A stretch of 51,830 bases of DNA from a virus (taxonomy: Duplodnaviria; Caudoviricetes), in IMG/VR virus record IMGVR_UViG_3300049926_000051, positions 1-51,830 of that record; one strand, given 5' to 3'. Below, one piece after another: positions 9,386-19,042 of this stretch. The translations under genes were made by a program, and so were the position numbers. Positions within the stretch are counted from its first letter, which is position 1. Each line of letters starts with the position of its first letter. The notes under the pieces were generated by a model. That model was not told the DNA's origin and made no database searches. It worked only from the letters and a program-made list of their open reading frames with translations.

Positions 9386-9669
9386 GCATGGAAGAAAAGA
9401 TAGAAGCCGATGGGTGGATTACGGTTTACCAGAGTCCACCGGCGACTGATCCGGCGGTAGGTGTGACGTACGAACACCTTCCACCAGAGAGTCAGTCGTT
9501 CTCGTTATATGGGCGCTCGCGTGCTGTGTTTACGGTTCAATCGGTAGACGGGCAGATCGCCACGGACACCAAAGGCAATGTCTGGGCCTTTGATATCTAT
9601 GGGATACGCGGCGCTTGGCGGTCACCTCTTAACGGCGAATGGTACGGATTCATTCGGGTGCCTAAATGA
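9382..9669 (+). CDS. hypothetical protein
   Basis: ATGA coupling at both ends. Confidence 0.6.
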   Translation: MSMEEKIEADGWITVYQSPPATDPAVGVTYEHLPPESQSFSLYGRSRAVFTVQSVDGQIATDTKGNVWAFDIYGIRGAWRSPLNGEWYGFIRVPK

Positions 9670-9866
9670 AGTCCTGGCTATTCCGCGCGCTCAACCGCGC
9701 TGACATCGAGTTCCCGCGTTTCGAGGGGGCGATCCGATTCGCCAGTACAATCGCGGCGATTGGACTCTATACGGCGACCATGGCTACCGCGGCGTTCCTC
9801 GAATGCGTCGCGGCGCCCGCGGCTAAGACGGCGGCACGAGTTATTGATGAGTTGGTGGATGTCTAG
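9666..9866 (+). CDS. small putative membrane protein
   Basis: Hydrophobic central segment; last gene before the strand switch. Confidence 0.5.
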   Translation: MKSWLFRALNRADIEFPRFEGAIRFASTIAAIGLYTATMATAAFLECVAAPAAKTAARVIDELVDV

Positions 9867-10021
9867 CGGCAACATCGTGTCCGCACGTACTCCGCCAAGG
9901 TGAGTTTTCGCTCCGCGGCGTTAGTCTTGGCTCGGGCGAGTTCGTCTTCGGTGACCGGCGCGGTTATGGTCTTGCGGGTGGCGCGAGTTCGGAGGATGGG
10001 CTTGGGATGTGTGTCAGGCAT
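9863..10021 (-). CDS. ribbon-helix-helix (MobC/CopG-like) DNA-binding protein
   Basis: RKTITAPVTEDELARAKTNAAERKLTLAEYVR pattern. Confidence 0.75.
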   Translation of the reverse strand: MPDTHPKPILRTRATRKTITAPVTEDELARAKTNAAERKLTLAEYVRTRCCR

Positions 10022-10385
10022 CGTCGTCGCCACGCAAGTAATCGGACACTTCACGGTCCCACTCGGCGAAGGTGCGTCGGTCAACACTCTGCACTGGGCG
10101 GTTGAATAACAGCTTGCGGGCTTGTGCCAACTCGCCGATTGGCCAGTTGATGTCTTCGCGGAACTGGTTGTGGACGCGGCTCATGCGCGAGACGCGATCA
10201 AGGCGATAGTGATATCGCATGTGGTACTCGGGATGCTCAATCTCCAGCAGAGACACCGATCCTTGCGGTACGCCTTTCGTCGGGCAATGCGGACATTCCC
10301 ACTGCGACCACAGAGTCGAACCGTCCCGATATTGAGCAACTGGCCCTCCTGTCTTGCCGCATGACTGACATTTGGTTGGTTCCAT
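10014..10385 (-). CDS. Zn-ribbon hypothetical protein
   Basis: CQSC..CPHC; strong GAGGAG site before ATG 10385. Confidence 0.6.
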   Translation of the reverse strand: MEPTKCQSCGKTGGPVAQYRDGSTLWSQWECPHCPTKGVPQGSVSLLEIEHPEYHMRYHYRLDRVSRMSRVHNQFREDINWPIGELAQARKLLFNRPVQSVDRRTFAEWDREVSDYLRGDDDA

Positions 10386-10431
10386 CGTCGCGTCCTCTCC
10401 TCTCTCGTGCGTCCCCACCGGTGGGTTTGAT

Positions 10432-10638
10432 TCAGGCCGTCGGCGGATCAGTGCGCTCCGGTTCGTTGTCGGTGCACTCCGCGCAGTCGCAACTCTCGTC
10501 GTAACAGGAGCCTTCAAGACTATGGCAGCGGTGACCACAACTCCCACAGGGCTTGTCGCAGTCATAGTCTTGCCAGTGGGCGCAGAAGGGGCCGGAGTCG
10601 TAGTCGTCCCATTCGTCCGCGGCGCCATCATCGCACAT
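10432..10638 (-). CDS. small Cys/Asp-rich protein
   Basis: 68 aa with many Cys and Asp residues. Confidence 0.55.
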   Translation of the reverse strand: MCDDGAADEWDDYDSGPFCAHWQDYDCDKPCGSCGHRCHSLEGSCYDESCDCAECTDNEPERTDPPTA

Positions 10639-10674
10639 CGTCGCTACCCTACCGCCGCCGCTTCGCCCTTGGCC

Positions 10675-10956
10675 CTAAAGGTCCGCCGGCCAGTCGTTGA
10701 TCTCCGCCGCACTCAGCCCCATCGCTTCGGCAACGGGGCGCGGCACCGGCTGGCCGATGCGGCCGCCGAGCAATCCACGGATGCTGTCGAGCAGCTCGCG
10801 CTGCCTCACGGCGCTCGTCGTTTCGCGCGCGTACTCCCGAGCCGCCTCCATGGCCAGATCCATCGGCGTCGCCTGGCGCTGCATGGCTGGGCCGGTCGAC
10901 GGTGCGGTATGCTGCGCGCGGTCCAATTGGTTCTTGATCTTGTCGTCGATTTTCAT
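10675..10956 (-). CDS. hypothetical protein, possible C-terminal HTH
   Basis: AAGGAG site; VAEAMGLSAAEINDW. Confidence 0.65.
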   Translation of the reverse strand: MKIDDKIKNQLDRAQHTAPSTGPAMQRQATPMDLAMEAAREYARETTSAVRQRELLDSIRGLLGGRIGQPVPRPVAEAMGLSAAEINDWPADL

Positions 10957-10979
10957 GGGGTCTCCTTTGTCGGCTAGCG

Positions 10980-11420
10980 CTACTGCGCGGTCCAGTCGTT
11001 GCGTCCACGGATCCAGCCGCGCACGGATCCGGTCGTGTCGCGGACAGTGATCGACCCGCCGTCGTAGTCCTCGGGGAGTTGCGCTGCCAGCTCGTCGACA
11101 TTGTCACCCCCGAGGGTTTGGGCGTTGCCGTCGGCGTCGGTGTAGTCGGCATGAAGCAGCGACTCGCTCTGCTGCAGCTCCGGGCACGTCTCGACCGCCG
11201 CGAAGAAATCGTCGGTGTCGCCGGTCACCGGGCCGAGGTCGCGGATCAGCGTCCACTCGACGTTTCCGATCCGGCTGCTTCCATTCGCCTCCACGACGAT
11301 CTCACCGTCGGCGTCGCACAGAGCGACGAGGTTGCCGTCGGCGTCGGTCTCCTGCGCATAGTAGGCGCCCGCGGCTGTCTTCACGAGCGCGTATCGGGCC
11401 TTGGATCCGTTCGTCGCCAT
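10980..11420 (-). CDS. acidic hypothetical protein
   Basis: AGGAG site; 146 aa, D/E-rich. Confidence 0.7.
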   Translation of the reverse strand: MATNGSKARYALVKTAAGAYYAQETDADGNLVALCDADGEIVVEANGSSRIGNVEWTLIRDLGPVTGDTDDFFAAVETCPELQQSESLLHADYTDADGNAQTLGGDNVDELAAQLPEDYDGGSITVRDTTGSVRGWIRGRNDWTAQ

Positions 11421-11456
11421 GGGTCTCTCCTCTGAGTGGGTTAGAAACTGCCGAGT

Positions 11457-11699
11457 CTACGCCGCTACGTTGTCAGCCTGGGACACCAGATTTCGCACCG
11501 TCGCCACGCACATCGCCCACGTGAGCGAGCTCGGCGCCTTGCACCCCGCGAACTCCGCCCACCGCCGCCGCTGCTCGACCGTGAACGCCGCCAGCGTCAT
11601 CGCCAGCCGGGCGGCCTGGTCGCGCGTCTCGGGGCGGGGAACGATGGATACGAGACGGGAGACCTTGCGGGCGCGGGCGGTGCGCTCGAAGGAGGTCAT
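11457..11699 (-). CDS. hypothetical protein
   Basis: ATGA coupling to the upstream gene. Confidence 0.6.
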   Translation of the reverse strand: MTSFERTARARKVSRLVSIVPRPETRDQAARLAMTLAAFTVEQRRRWAEFAGCKAPSSLTWAMCVATVRNLVSQADNVAA

Positions 11700-11986
11700 G
11701 TGCGTTCACCTTGAGTGGCATTCTCCTTTTCCCAACATGCGTCACACGTCCCGCACGCAATGAGAGCGATGACAGCGCCGCACGACGAGCAAGGGACCAG
11801 CGTGTTTCCGCTGCCATCAAGCGGCGCCGAGACCGGGTGCTTGCGGCACGGAGTGCCGTGCGCCCCGCCCGTCCGCCAGAGGCAGCGAGGTACCGCGCAG
11901 AACAGCTCGGGGTGCGCTTCTTTGGCCGCGCGCACCTTGGCGGCGACAGCACCGCGCGACGCCATTACGCCACCGCCTTTCGTCAT
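11696..11986 (-). CDS. Cys-rich hypothetical protein, first gene of the leftward module
   Basis: AAGGAGGAG site before ATG 11986. Confidence 0.6.
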   Translation of the reverse strand: MTKGGGVMASRGAVAAKVRAAKEAHPELFCAVPRCLWRTGGAHGTPCRKHPVSAPLDGSGNTLVPCSSCGAVIALIACGTCDACWEKENATQGERT

Positions 11987-12028
11987 GGTCTCTCCTCCTT
12001 TGGTTGGACTGCCGTGCTGACAAGAACC

Positions 12029-12057
12029 AATCTAACTCCCCGTGAGTCTCACGGCAA
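12029..12057 (-). promoter_or_regulatory. sigma70-type promoter with a palindromic operator in the spacer
   Basis: Minus strand TTGCCG-N17-TAGATT; perfect inverted repeat CCGTGAG-T-CTCACGG at 12040-12054. Confidence 0.7.
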
Positions 12058-12166
12058 CAACTATTTTCACCCTACTGTCGAATTCGACCCACCGCGTCTC
12101 AATCGACCTAGGAACCGAGAAAGGTTTGCGTTCACAAACGCATCGGCGTGAGACGTAAATAATGGC

Positions 12167-12673
12167 TTGAAAATCGAGGTGAAATTTCTCGAAGTCCGTA
12201 CCCGGGCCGACGCTAGGTCGGGCATGGCACCGACGGGTACCAAGACGCTGTCTGTGTCGGACGGACCCGGTTACACTAACCAGCGCAGAATTGTCGGTAA
12301 AACCGCCGAATTGCTCCTAAGACGCGTTTGGAGCATCCGTCTAGCCAAGGATGGTTTCCGCGACTTGGAGAGCGCTGAGGACCCGGACGGGCCGTTGTCG
12401 AATGCTGGCCAGCCGAGCCATCTCGACCTGGTTGACGGGGTCCAAAGTGAGTCGGCCGCGAGTTACTACAGCCGCGTTACCGAACTCGCCGGAAAGCTGC
12501 CGTTTCGTCGTGACGTTGCTATCGCGGAGGAACTAGGCGAAGGTGCAAGCGTGCGAGATATCAAGCTAAAACTCAAGGTTGGCCAAGGTCGAATCGACCG
12601 CGTCAAGAGGACCGTTGAAGCGTGGATCCCGCCCGGTCATTGGGTCGACGACGGAGACGACGGTGGCAACTGA
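12167..12673 (+). CDS. putative transcriptional regulator with C-terminal HTH (start may be 12224 or 12254)
   Basis: RDVAIAEELGEGASVRDIKLKLKVGQGRIDRV resembles a sigma region 4 HTH. Confidence 0.55.
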   Translation: MKIEVKFLEVRTRADARSGMAPTGTKTLSVSDGPGYTNQRRIVGKTAELLLRRVWSIRLAKDGFRDLESAEDPDGPLSNAGQPSHLDLVDGVQSESAASYYSRVTELAGKLPFRRDVAIAEELGEGASVRDIKLKLKVGQGRIDRVKRTVEAWIPPGHWVDDGDDGGN

Positions 12674-12825
12674 CAAGCGTGGCAATTGTGAGCCGCACAA
12701 CAACTGCGGTTGCCCGATTTGCGACGACGCAACGTTTGGGTGGCTCTGCACATTGTCTGCCGCGTTAGTTGTGGCCGTAGAGATTTGGTTGCTTTGTCAA
12801 TGATAGTCGTGAGTTAGGGGAACGA

Positions 12826-13269
12826 ATGAGCACAACGAAGCTAACCGGGTTCATTGATACCGTGTCGCTCGACGTCAAAGAGAAGGGCTCGAGTAAGACG
12901 AGAACTGTCGTCATCAAAGTGGCTCGCGAGTTCGACGAAAGCGTCTCCACAATGCTTGGGGGCGACTCCGCTAAGGCGTTGCATTCATTGCGCAATGGCG
13001 GAATGGACAAGGTCTATTTCAAGACCGACACGGTTGACTGCAGCGCCGAGTTCGTTGGGGCAACCGATCGCGTGAAGGTCTCCGCTCTCCGTGGACGCCA
13101 AGCGGTTTGCGCCGCAGGCGACGGTGACTATGAACCGACGGTACAACTCACATTTGAGTGCGCTTATTCGGATGATGCTTGGTTGTTCTTTGGTCGCCAC
13201 GTTGGCGAAATCATTGAGGTTACGTTGGTTGAACGACAGATTGAATTGCCTGCGATGAGGGTTGCGTGA
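12826..13269 (+). CDS. hypothetical protein
   Basis: AGGGG site; 147 aa with globular composition. Confidence 0.7.
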   Translation: MSTTKLTGFIDTVSLDVKEKGSSKTRTVVIKVAREFDESVSTMLGGDSAKALHSLRNGGMDKVYFKTDTVDCSAEFVGATDRVKVSALRGRQAVCAAGDGDYEPTVQLTFECAYSDDAWLFFGRHVGEIIEVTLVERQIELPAMRVA

Positions 13270-14057
13270 TGGATACAGCGAAGCTAGCCGAGGATATGAA
13301 GAACAGCATGGAAAAGCGCGGAAGAACGCGCGGATATGTCGACGGGATCCCGTGGGAAGCGTTCCTGACCGACGAGTTGCAGCCGCTGTGCTCGCTCCTC
13401 TTCGCAGACAATGTTGGTTCGCCCGAATGGGAGTCATTGCGTAACAATTACGTTATGTTGGCAACTGGCCGCGGCCCGTCGCTTGATCCTGACCCGGGGG
13501 TGCGTAATGGCTAAAATGCCGCATTGGTCCGAGTTGGCAAGCCTCCAACGTGCGGATGTAATCGCGCTGATCGACAAGGCGCGGGAACTTCTGTATACCG
13601 AGCCGGCGGTTGGAGCTAGCGCGACTTCCGGATTCGACAGTGTTCGCGCCTACTTGGGCGCTGCCATCGCGTTGCTTAAGGACGTTGGTTGATGCCCCGT
13701 CCCCGTGACCAGATCCCGCCTCCGGTCATTGCGGATATCGACGCTCAGGGCAAGCAAGGGCTTTTACAACCTAAGCCATTCGATACCGCAACTATCGGTA
13801 AACACGATACAATCGACGTTTCGCCAGCGGCGCTAAAGAAGATCGTTGAGTTGGTTGAGAGCCCCCGCGAACCCCACCCCACGCTCAAGGACGGCATTGG
13901 TTCTATGACCAATGCTACGCAAGGCGTTAGAGTCGGTCCCGAGGTGGCCAAGGAATACGCGGCCGAGGCTGCGCGGCTCATTGGGCCGAACATGATGGGG
14001 CCTTCGTTGGCCAACGTTCGTCGACTGTTGCGACTTGCGTTGGCGCATTTGGAATGA
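13266..14057 (+). other. three small overlapping hypothetical genes (13266-13514, 13507-13692, 13689-14057)
   Basis: Consecutive overlapping start and stop codons. Confidence 0.55.
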
Positions 14058-14217
14058 CGATGAGCAAAGACGAGATTGCGGTTATCATTCGCGACTTTAT
14101 GCACGAAGAGTGTAATTGCCCGACCTGCTTTGACGCCGTTGTCGACGGGCTAGCCGAAGAGTTGTACGACCGGATCAACGGGATTGAAACGTCCGAGGAT
14201 GAAGAGGAGAACGTGAG

Positions 14218-14775
14218 TTGAGGGCTCGAGTCTATAGTTACCCTAGGCGCAAAACCGGGCGACAGGTGATTCCGATTGAGGAACGTCTGACAAGATATAC
14301 GGACAAATATTGTCCGAGTCGCAGAGAGGACCTGGGTCCGTGCTGGATTTGGACCGGAGTCCGTCGCGCAAGAGGCGGTTACGGAACATTTGGCGTCAAA
14401 GGGAAAACTTATGGCGCGCATCGCTTCTATTGGACAGTTCACTACGGCCCAATTCCCGACGGCATGCATGTTCTGCATCAGTGTGATAATCCGCCGTGTG
14501 TTAATCCCGATCACCTCTTTCTTGGCACCAACGCAGAGAACATGGCCGACCGGGACGCGAAAGGAAGACAGCGACCAGGACGCTTGGCCGGACTAGACCA
14601 CCCTCGAGTGAAGCTGTCATACGACAAGGCGGATGAGATACGGGCATTGGTAGCCAGCGGACGCTTCACTAAGGCCGAGATTGGCAGACAATACGGCGTC
14701 AACCGGCGTTCTATCTGGCTGATTGCTGCCGGCCGTAAGTGGGCCAGGAACGAATCGCAGGGCGCTAGTGCCTGA
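14218..14775 (+). CDS. HNH endonuclease with C-terminal HTH
   Basis: CWIWTG, AHR, VLHQCDNPPCVNPDHLFLGT..ENM.D, then AEIGRQYGV. Confidence 0.92.
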   Translation: MRARVYSYPRRKTGRQVIPIEERLTRYTDKYCPSRREDLGPCWIWTGVRRARGGYGTFGVKGKTYGAHRFYWTVHYGPIPDGMHVLHQCDNPPCVNPDHLFLGTNAENMADRDAKGRQRPGRLAGLDHPRVKLSYDKADEIRALVASGRFTKAEIGRQYGVNRRSIWLIAAGRKWARNESQGASA

Positions 14776-15151
14776 TGAACTAACGGTTCCGAAGCGTCGG
14801 CCAGGAAGGCCGCCGAGACCTAAAGTCGATCGAGACAGTATTAATGATCTGTCTCTCGAAGAGATGATCGACCGCCTAAGCGAAAGCTTGACTGTGAATA
14901 TAGAAGAACTTCGTCTCAAGGCCAGACAAGGTCACTTAGCCCCAAAGGAAATAAAAGACGTTGGGACGTTGGCAAGAATGGTCAGCCTGTTGGCGAAGGC
15001 TAGGCGAGATCTGTCACTCGCCTCGATCAAAGACGGCGACCTGTCAAGCATTCCTGCTGGACAATTGGCCTCCATTGTTGTACGGTCTATGAAAGACGAT
15101 GCCGCGCTTAAGGCGGCGGTGATGTCCGAATTGCAGAGACAGGTGGATTGA
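14768..15151 (+). CDS. helical protein with AT-hook-like N-terminus; possible terminase small subunit
   Basis: KRRPGRPPRPK then helices; lies upstream of terL. Function is inferred. Confidence 0.35.
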   Translation: MPDELTVPKRRPGRPPRPKVDRDSINDLSLEEMIDRLSESLTVNIEELRLKARQGHLAPKEIKDVGTLARMVSLLAKARRDLSLASIKDGDLSSIPAGQLASIVVRSMKDDAALKAAVMSELQRQVD

Positions 15152-15513
15152 TGGACGATCGTTTGAAGGATTATAATTGGGAGCACATCTTCGGCGACGA
15201 CAGGGACGAGAAGTACTCCGAGGGCTATTCCGCTCCGACTCACGTCCGCACCAAAGAACAACATCGTGAATACCACCGTTCGGATGTCGCCCACATCATC
15301 GCTATCGAGGACGGTGAGAACGACGGGGACGACTGGCTCGGTGTCTTCGAGATGACCGACGGCAAGTTCTTGGTCATCCGCGCCGGTTGCGACTACACCG
15401 GTTGGGGCTGCAGGGAAGGCGGGTCGTCCGACTTGGCCGACACGCTGGAAGACGCGATCGCGTTTGGGTTGACCGTTGGTGAGCGCGACCGTCTTGCGGC
15501 GCAGTTGCCGTGA
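15148..15513 (+). CDS. hypothetical acidic phage protein
   Basis: GENDGDDW...AGCDYTGWGC motif-like segment. Confidence 0.7.
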   Translation: MMDDRLKDYNWEHIFGDDRDEKYSEGYSAPTHVRTKEQHREYHRSDVAHIIAIEDGENDGDDWLGVFEMTDGKFLVIRAGCDYTGWGCREGGSSDLADTLEDAIAFGLTVGERDRLAAQLP

Positions 15514-15866
15514 GTTCCTCAGGTTGGATCGGCGTTGACTTAGACGGCACGCTTGCCGAGTACAACGGCTGGAAGGGCGAAAGCCATATCGGCGCTCCCA
15601 TTCCTGTAATGGTCGAACGCGTGAAAACGTGGCGCAAGATAGGATGCGACGTGCGTATCTTCACCGCTCGCGTATGCGCTGACGGCGGAAGCGCTCGTGA
15701 TGTCGCTGAGGTGCGTGGGTATATCGATCGTTGGTCTCTTGAGCATATCGGCGAAGTTCTGCCGGTAACCAACGTCAAGGACTACTCGATGGTCGAACTC
15801 TGGGATGACCGCGCCATCCAGGTCATACAGAACACTGGACGTCGTGCCGACGGTAAAGACGATTGA
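15510..15866 (+). CDS. HAD-superfamily phosphatase-like protein
   Basis: GVDLDGTLA (motif I), IFTAR, WDDRA. Confidence 0.82.
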   Translation: MSSSGWIGVDLDGTLAEYNGWKGESHIGAPIPVMVERVKTWRKIGCDVRIFTARVCADGGSARDVAEVRGYIDRWSLEHIGEVLPVTNVKDYSMVELWDDRAIQVIQNTGRRADGKDD

Positions 15867-16345
15867 CCGAATGGCTAAACAACCACCCGCACGAAGTTGA
15901 ACCGGCGGTTACCTTCCGTACGCGCAAGATGCGCAACTCGGACTCCGCATTCCTTTACTCGTCTTTCCTGCGCTCCTACAGGCAAAGCGACTACACCGCC
16001 GGCATCCCTAATGACGTCTTCTTTGATGTCTTCAAGCAAGAGTTTGCCGCCGTCCTGAACCTGTTCAACGTCCTGGTAGCGCATCCTGAGGAAGACGAAG
16101 ACGAGATTGCCGGCTTTATCGCATGGACCGGGCGCACGGTGGCTTGGCTGTACGTGAAGAAAACGCCATGGCGTCGCATGGGACTCGGGCGTCAGTTACT
16201 GACTGAGGCTGGGTTTCTGCCGGGCGAGGAGTTCAACGCGCTGTTTGGTTCGCCGTGGGCGTTGCGGCGCGCTCGTAGTCACGGCTACAAAGTTACGCTC
16301 TGTCCTCACGTTGAAGCCGTCCGTTTACTCCTAGGCGCGAAGTGA
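15863..16345 (+). CDS. GNAT-fold acetyltransferase-like protein
   Basis: EIAGFI...LYVKK.PWRRMGLGRQLL acetyl-CoA binding motif. Confidence 0.75.
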   Translation: MTEWLNNHPHEVEPAVTFRTRKMRNSDSAFLYSSFLRSYRQSDYTAGIPNDVFFDVFKQEFAAVLNLFNVLVAHPEEDEDEIAGFIAWTGRTVAWLYVKKTPWRRMGLGRQLLTEAGFLPGEEFNALFGSPWALRRARSHGYKVTLCPHVEAVRLLLGAK

Positions 16346-17111
16346 CCGATGAACTCTGCCCTCATGGACGTCCGTTGTATCCGCAGTGTTCGCGTTGCTG
16401 CTTGCCCGAGATGATGGATTACCGAGTAATGCCACATGACAAATGGGTTATGCGAATCGAAGCCAGCGCATACGCTTCCGACACTCCGCTGTCGTGCTTC
16501 GAGGTATTCGCACCGTTGGAAACGTGTCAGCAGTTATTTTGTTACGATAACTTGCACGCTGTGCCCAGTAAGGATCGTTCAGAACGTCCCGGTGTGATTT
16601 GTCGTTTGACCAGCGGTGACTTGCTAGTTAGGCCGTCTCGTGCAGACTCTACTGGCCAACAATATGCCCGGATCCGCGTTAACGGAGATGAGATTTCACG
16701 GATTAGAATCGCATGACCGAACTCACAGTTGAATACGACACCGCCCCCGACGTCGTCCCCCATCCCGCCTACGAACAGGGCGTAATCGCCGGCCGTAACC
16801 ACGCTGGTAACGATGCAATCATGTTGGGCGTCATCGATGGAACGTTGGGTTGCGCGCTGGACGAATCGCAACCCGATGACATGCGGGAGAAATCGGCCTG
16901 GTACGGACTCGGTTTTGCCCGCGGTTGGTCCGAGATCATGATGGTCCAGCCGCTGTTTCTCCTAACGCGGCAACAGACGGCGCGGGTTCAGTCGCTGCCT
17001 CGCAGGATTCGCAAGGCATGGGAATCGGAGTACCGACGTGGCGTGCGACAGTGGCAGCGAGCTGGCGGCAACCTGAGCGGCAAGAGACCGATCCTCCCGG
17101 AGATCCCATGA
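16342..17111 (+). other. two hypothetical genes (16342-16716, 16713-17111)
   Basis: GTGA and ATGA coupled ORFs. Confidence 0.55.
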
Positions 17112-17389
17112 AGGCCCGCAAGGTCAGTCTCGCGATCTCGGCGATGACCAAGAACAAAGACGGTTCTCTCAAGATGCACTTCTTTCGGAAACGTCTAAAA
17201 CTCGCTGGCATCCGAGAGAAGGATGCCGTAGTCCATTACGAAGTCGTGATAGTGCGCGGCTAACGTTAGTCCTGCGGTGAGCCAATGCATTGCCCAACGA
17301 AAATGAACTCCTCAAGTACGTCCACATTGAACGCGCGATCAACCGCGTGAAGGAACTACTGCCCGAGTTATTTGGGAAGGCGGCGTAGG

Positions 17390-18373
17390 ATGAACAGCAT
17401 CGCACACATAGATCAGGTTGTTGAAGCGTTCAAGGCTGGTCTCATTTCGCAGGGAGACGCGGAGTCAATTCTTCGTGAGTCGGCGGCTAAGCAGTTGATC
17501 AACAGCCCATTCAGCGCGGTAAAAGACAACCCGTATGCACAGGCTATCGCCGACAAAGAGGCGGCCAAATGGCAGAAGAAAGACCGTGCTGCCTTCGGGG
17601 TTACTGAGGACGCTTTCAAGGCAGTTTACAAGAAGAAGAACGACCGAACTCCCCTCCGTGCCGCCTGCGGTACGCTCATGGAAGCCGATCGACTTGATGC
17701 GCACTTCCCGGGATGCCGTGCTTGCTCAAGCAAGTTAGCAGCCGACGAGAGACTAATCGTCTTCTCTGACGGTCGGGCTATGATCCTGAAAGACGGCCGG
17801 GAGACGTCAACTCGCGAGTGGTGCGCCATGATGGAGAAGACGGGGCCGAAGGAAACGGAACGCAACTCACGGACGCAGCCGGTTGACTGCCAGTATCGCA
17901 AGATGTGGTCCGTTGATGGTGCAAACTGGCTGCGCGGACAAAGTCCATCGGCTCAATATGTGCGCGAGTTTGAATACCGCGATGGTGCCGCCTGGAAGGC
18001 AGAAGAGAGAAAGTTGAGTATCTTCGGAGACAAGGTTTACGCTTTGGCTATACGGCAGGTTCCCCAAACCCTTGCCGAGTTCGACGCGCCAATGGCACAA
18101 GTGCCAGTGATCAAGCGGATCAACGCAGGCAAATTTACGATTGAATTCGACAAGCCGCTATCTACCGCGCCGACGATTAACGGGCTTGACTACTGGCTAT
18201 CGAAGCCACAGCAGTTGCTTACGAAGCGACCTGGTTACCAAGGCATTGCCAACCTAGGGCCAGCGCAACCTCGCTGCTCTCTCGGCCCCGCCTGCAAGGA
18301 ACACAATCCGGCGGCGACCGTTGCGTGGGTGCCTAGCGTCGACGACTATGATCTGTTTGGGCGCCCGGTATGA
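17390..18373 (+). CDS. hypothetical protein (~327 aa)
   Basis: Long ORF; start placed at ATG 17390. Confidence 0.65.
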   Translation: MNSIAHIDQVVEAFKAGLISQGDAESILRESAAKQLINSPFSAVKDNPYAQAIADKEAAKWQKKDRAAFGVTEDAFKAVYKKKNDRTPLRAACGTLMEADRLDAHFPGCRACSSKLAADERLIVFSDGRAMILKDGRETSTREWCAMMEKTGPKETERNSRTQPVDCQYRKMWSVDGANWLRGQSPSAQYVREFEYRDGAAWKAEERKLSIFGDKVYALAIRQVPQTLAEFDAPMAQVPVIKRINAGKFTIEFDKPLSTAPTINGLDYWLSKPQQLLTKRPGYQGIANLGPAQPRCSLGPACKEHNPAATVAWVPSVDDYDLFGRPV

Positions 18374-18460
18374 TCCTGCCCGGCTTCGGTGAATCGCTAG
18401 CGATCGCTGGAACCGCCATCGCGCTTACGTATCTGATCTATTGGCTGGCCACCACATCGC

Positions 18461-18475
18461 GGGAACGGTAGCGCC
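18461..18475 (+). promoter_or_regulatory. late-promoter-like motif, copy 1
   Basis: GGGAACG-GT-AGCGCC, 5 nt before ATG 18481. Confidence 0.6.
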
Positions 18476-18480
18476 AAGAT

Positions 18481-18648
18481 ATGCCACTCATCCCCGGGAA
18501 ATCGAAGGCTGCTTTTTCGCAGAACGTCGCGACTGAAATGAAGGCTGGACGACCGCAACCCCAAGCGCTCGCAATTGCCTTCAGTGAGAAACGACGCGGA
18601 AAGAAACGGCGTACGAGACTGGCCGAGGACATACGGGATCGGAAATGA
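18481..18648 (+). CDS. small basic phage protein (55 aa, not in the ORF track)
   Basis: MPLIPGKSKAAFSQNVATEMKAGRPQPQALAIAFSEKRR; matches a recalled widespread MPL..GKS...QAxAIA phage family. Confidence 0.8.
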   Translation: MPLIPGKSKAAFSQNVATEMKAGRPQPQALAIAFSEKRRGKKRRTRLAEDIRDRK

Positions 18649-18808
18649 GTTTCGACCACTACTGCGCACGACTGAAGAAAGCCGCCTGGAGTTGGCTAGA
18701 GCCCAAGTTCTGCCGTTTCCTGTGTCCACTGCGTAACAAAAACCGTAGATGCGGGCGAGCTGAAAAGCGTGCCGCCCGCCAGGCCGAACGTCGTGAACGG
18801 GAAGCCGA

Positions 18809-19024
18809 TTGAGTCGTCTGGTTCGTGATGCCCTAATCGACACCGCATCCGCTCTCATTGCCGGAGGCGCCAAGGTTACGGGGCAACTGCAGATCAACGA
18901 ATGGACCGGTACGGTTTATGATGACGCCGGGGCGTTTTTGGTGTATATTTACCCGCTCACGGACCACGAAACGTTGAGGATGATCTACCGGCTTGAGTTC
19001 AGCGAAGCCGTGGCCTGTACCTGA
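18809..19024 (+). CDS. hypothetical protein
   Basis: ORF directly upstream of the terminase. Confidence 0.45.
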   Translation: MSRLVRDALIDTASALIAGGAKVTGQLQINEWTGTVYDDAGAFLVYIYPLTDHETLRMIYRLEFSEAVACT

Positions 19025-19037
19025 GCACGTTCGCGCC
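19023..19037 (+). promoter_or_regulatory. late-promoter-like motif, copy 2
   Basis: GAGCACG-TT-CGCGCC, 5 nt before the terL GTG. Confidence 0.6.
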
Positions 19038-19042
19038 CCTAT

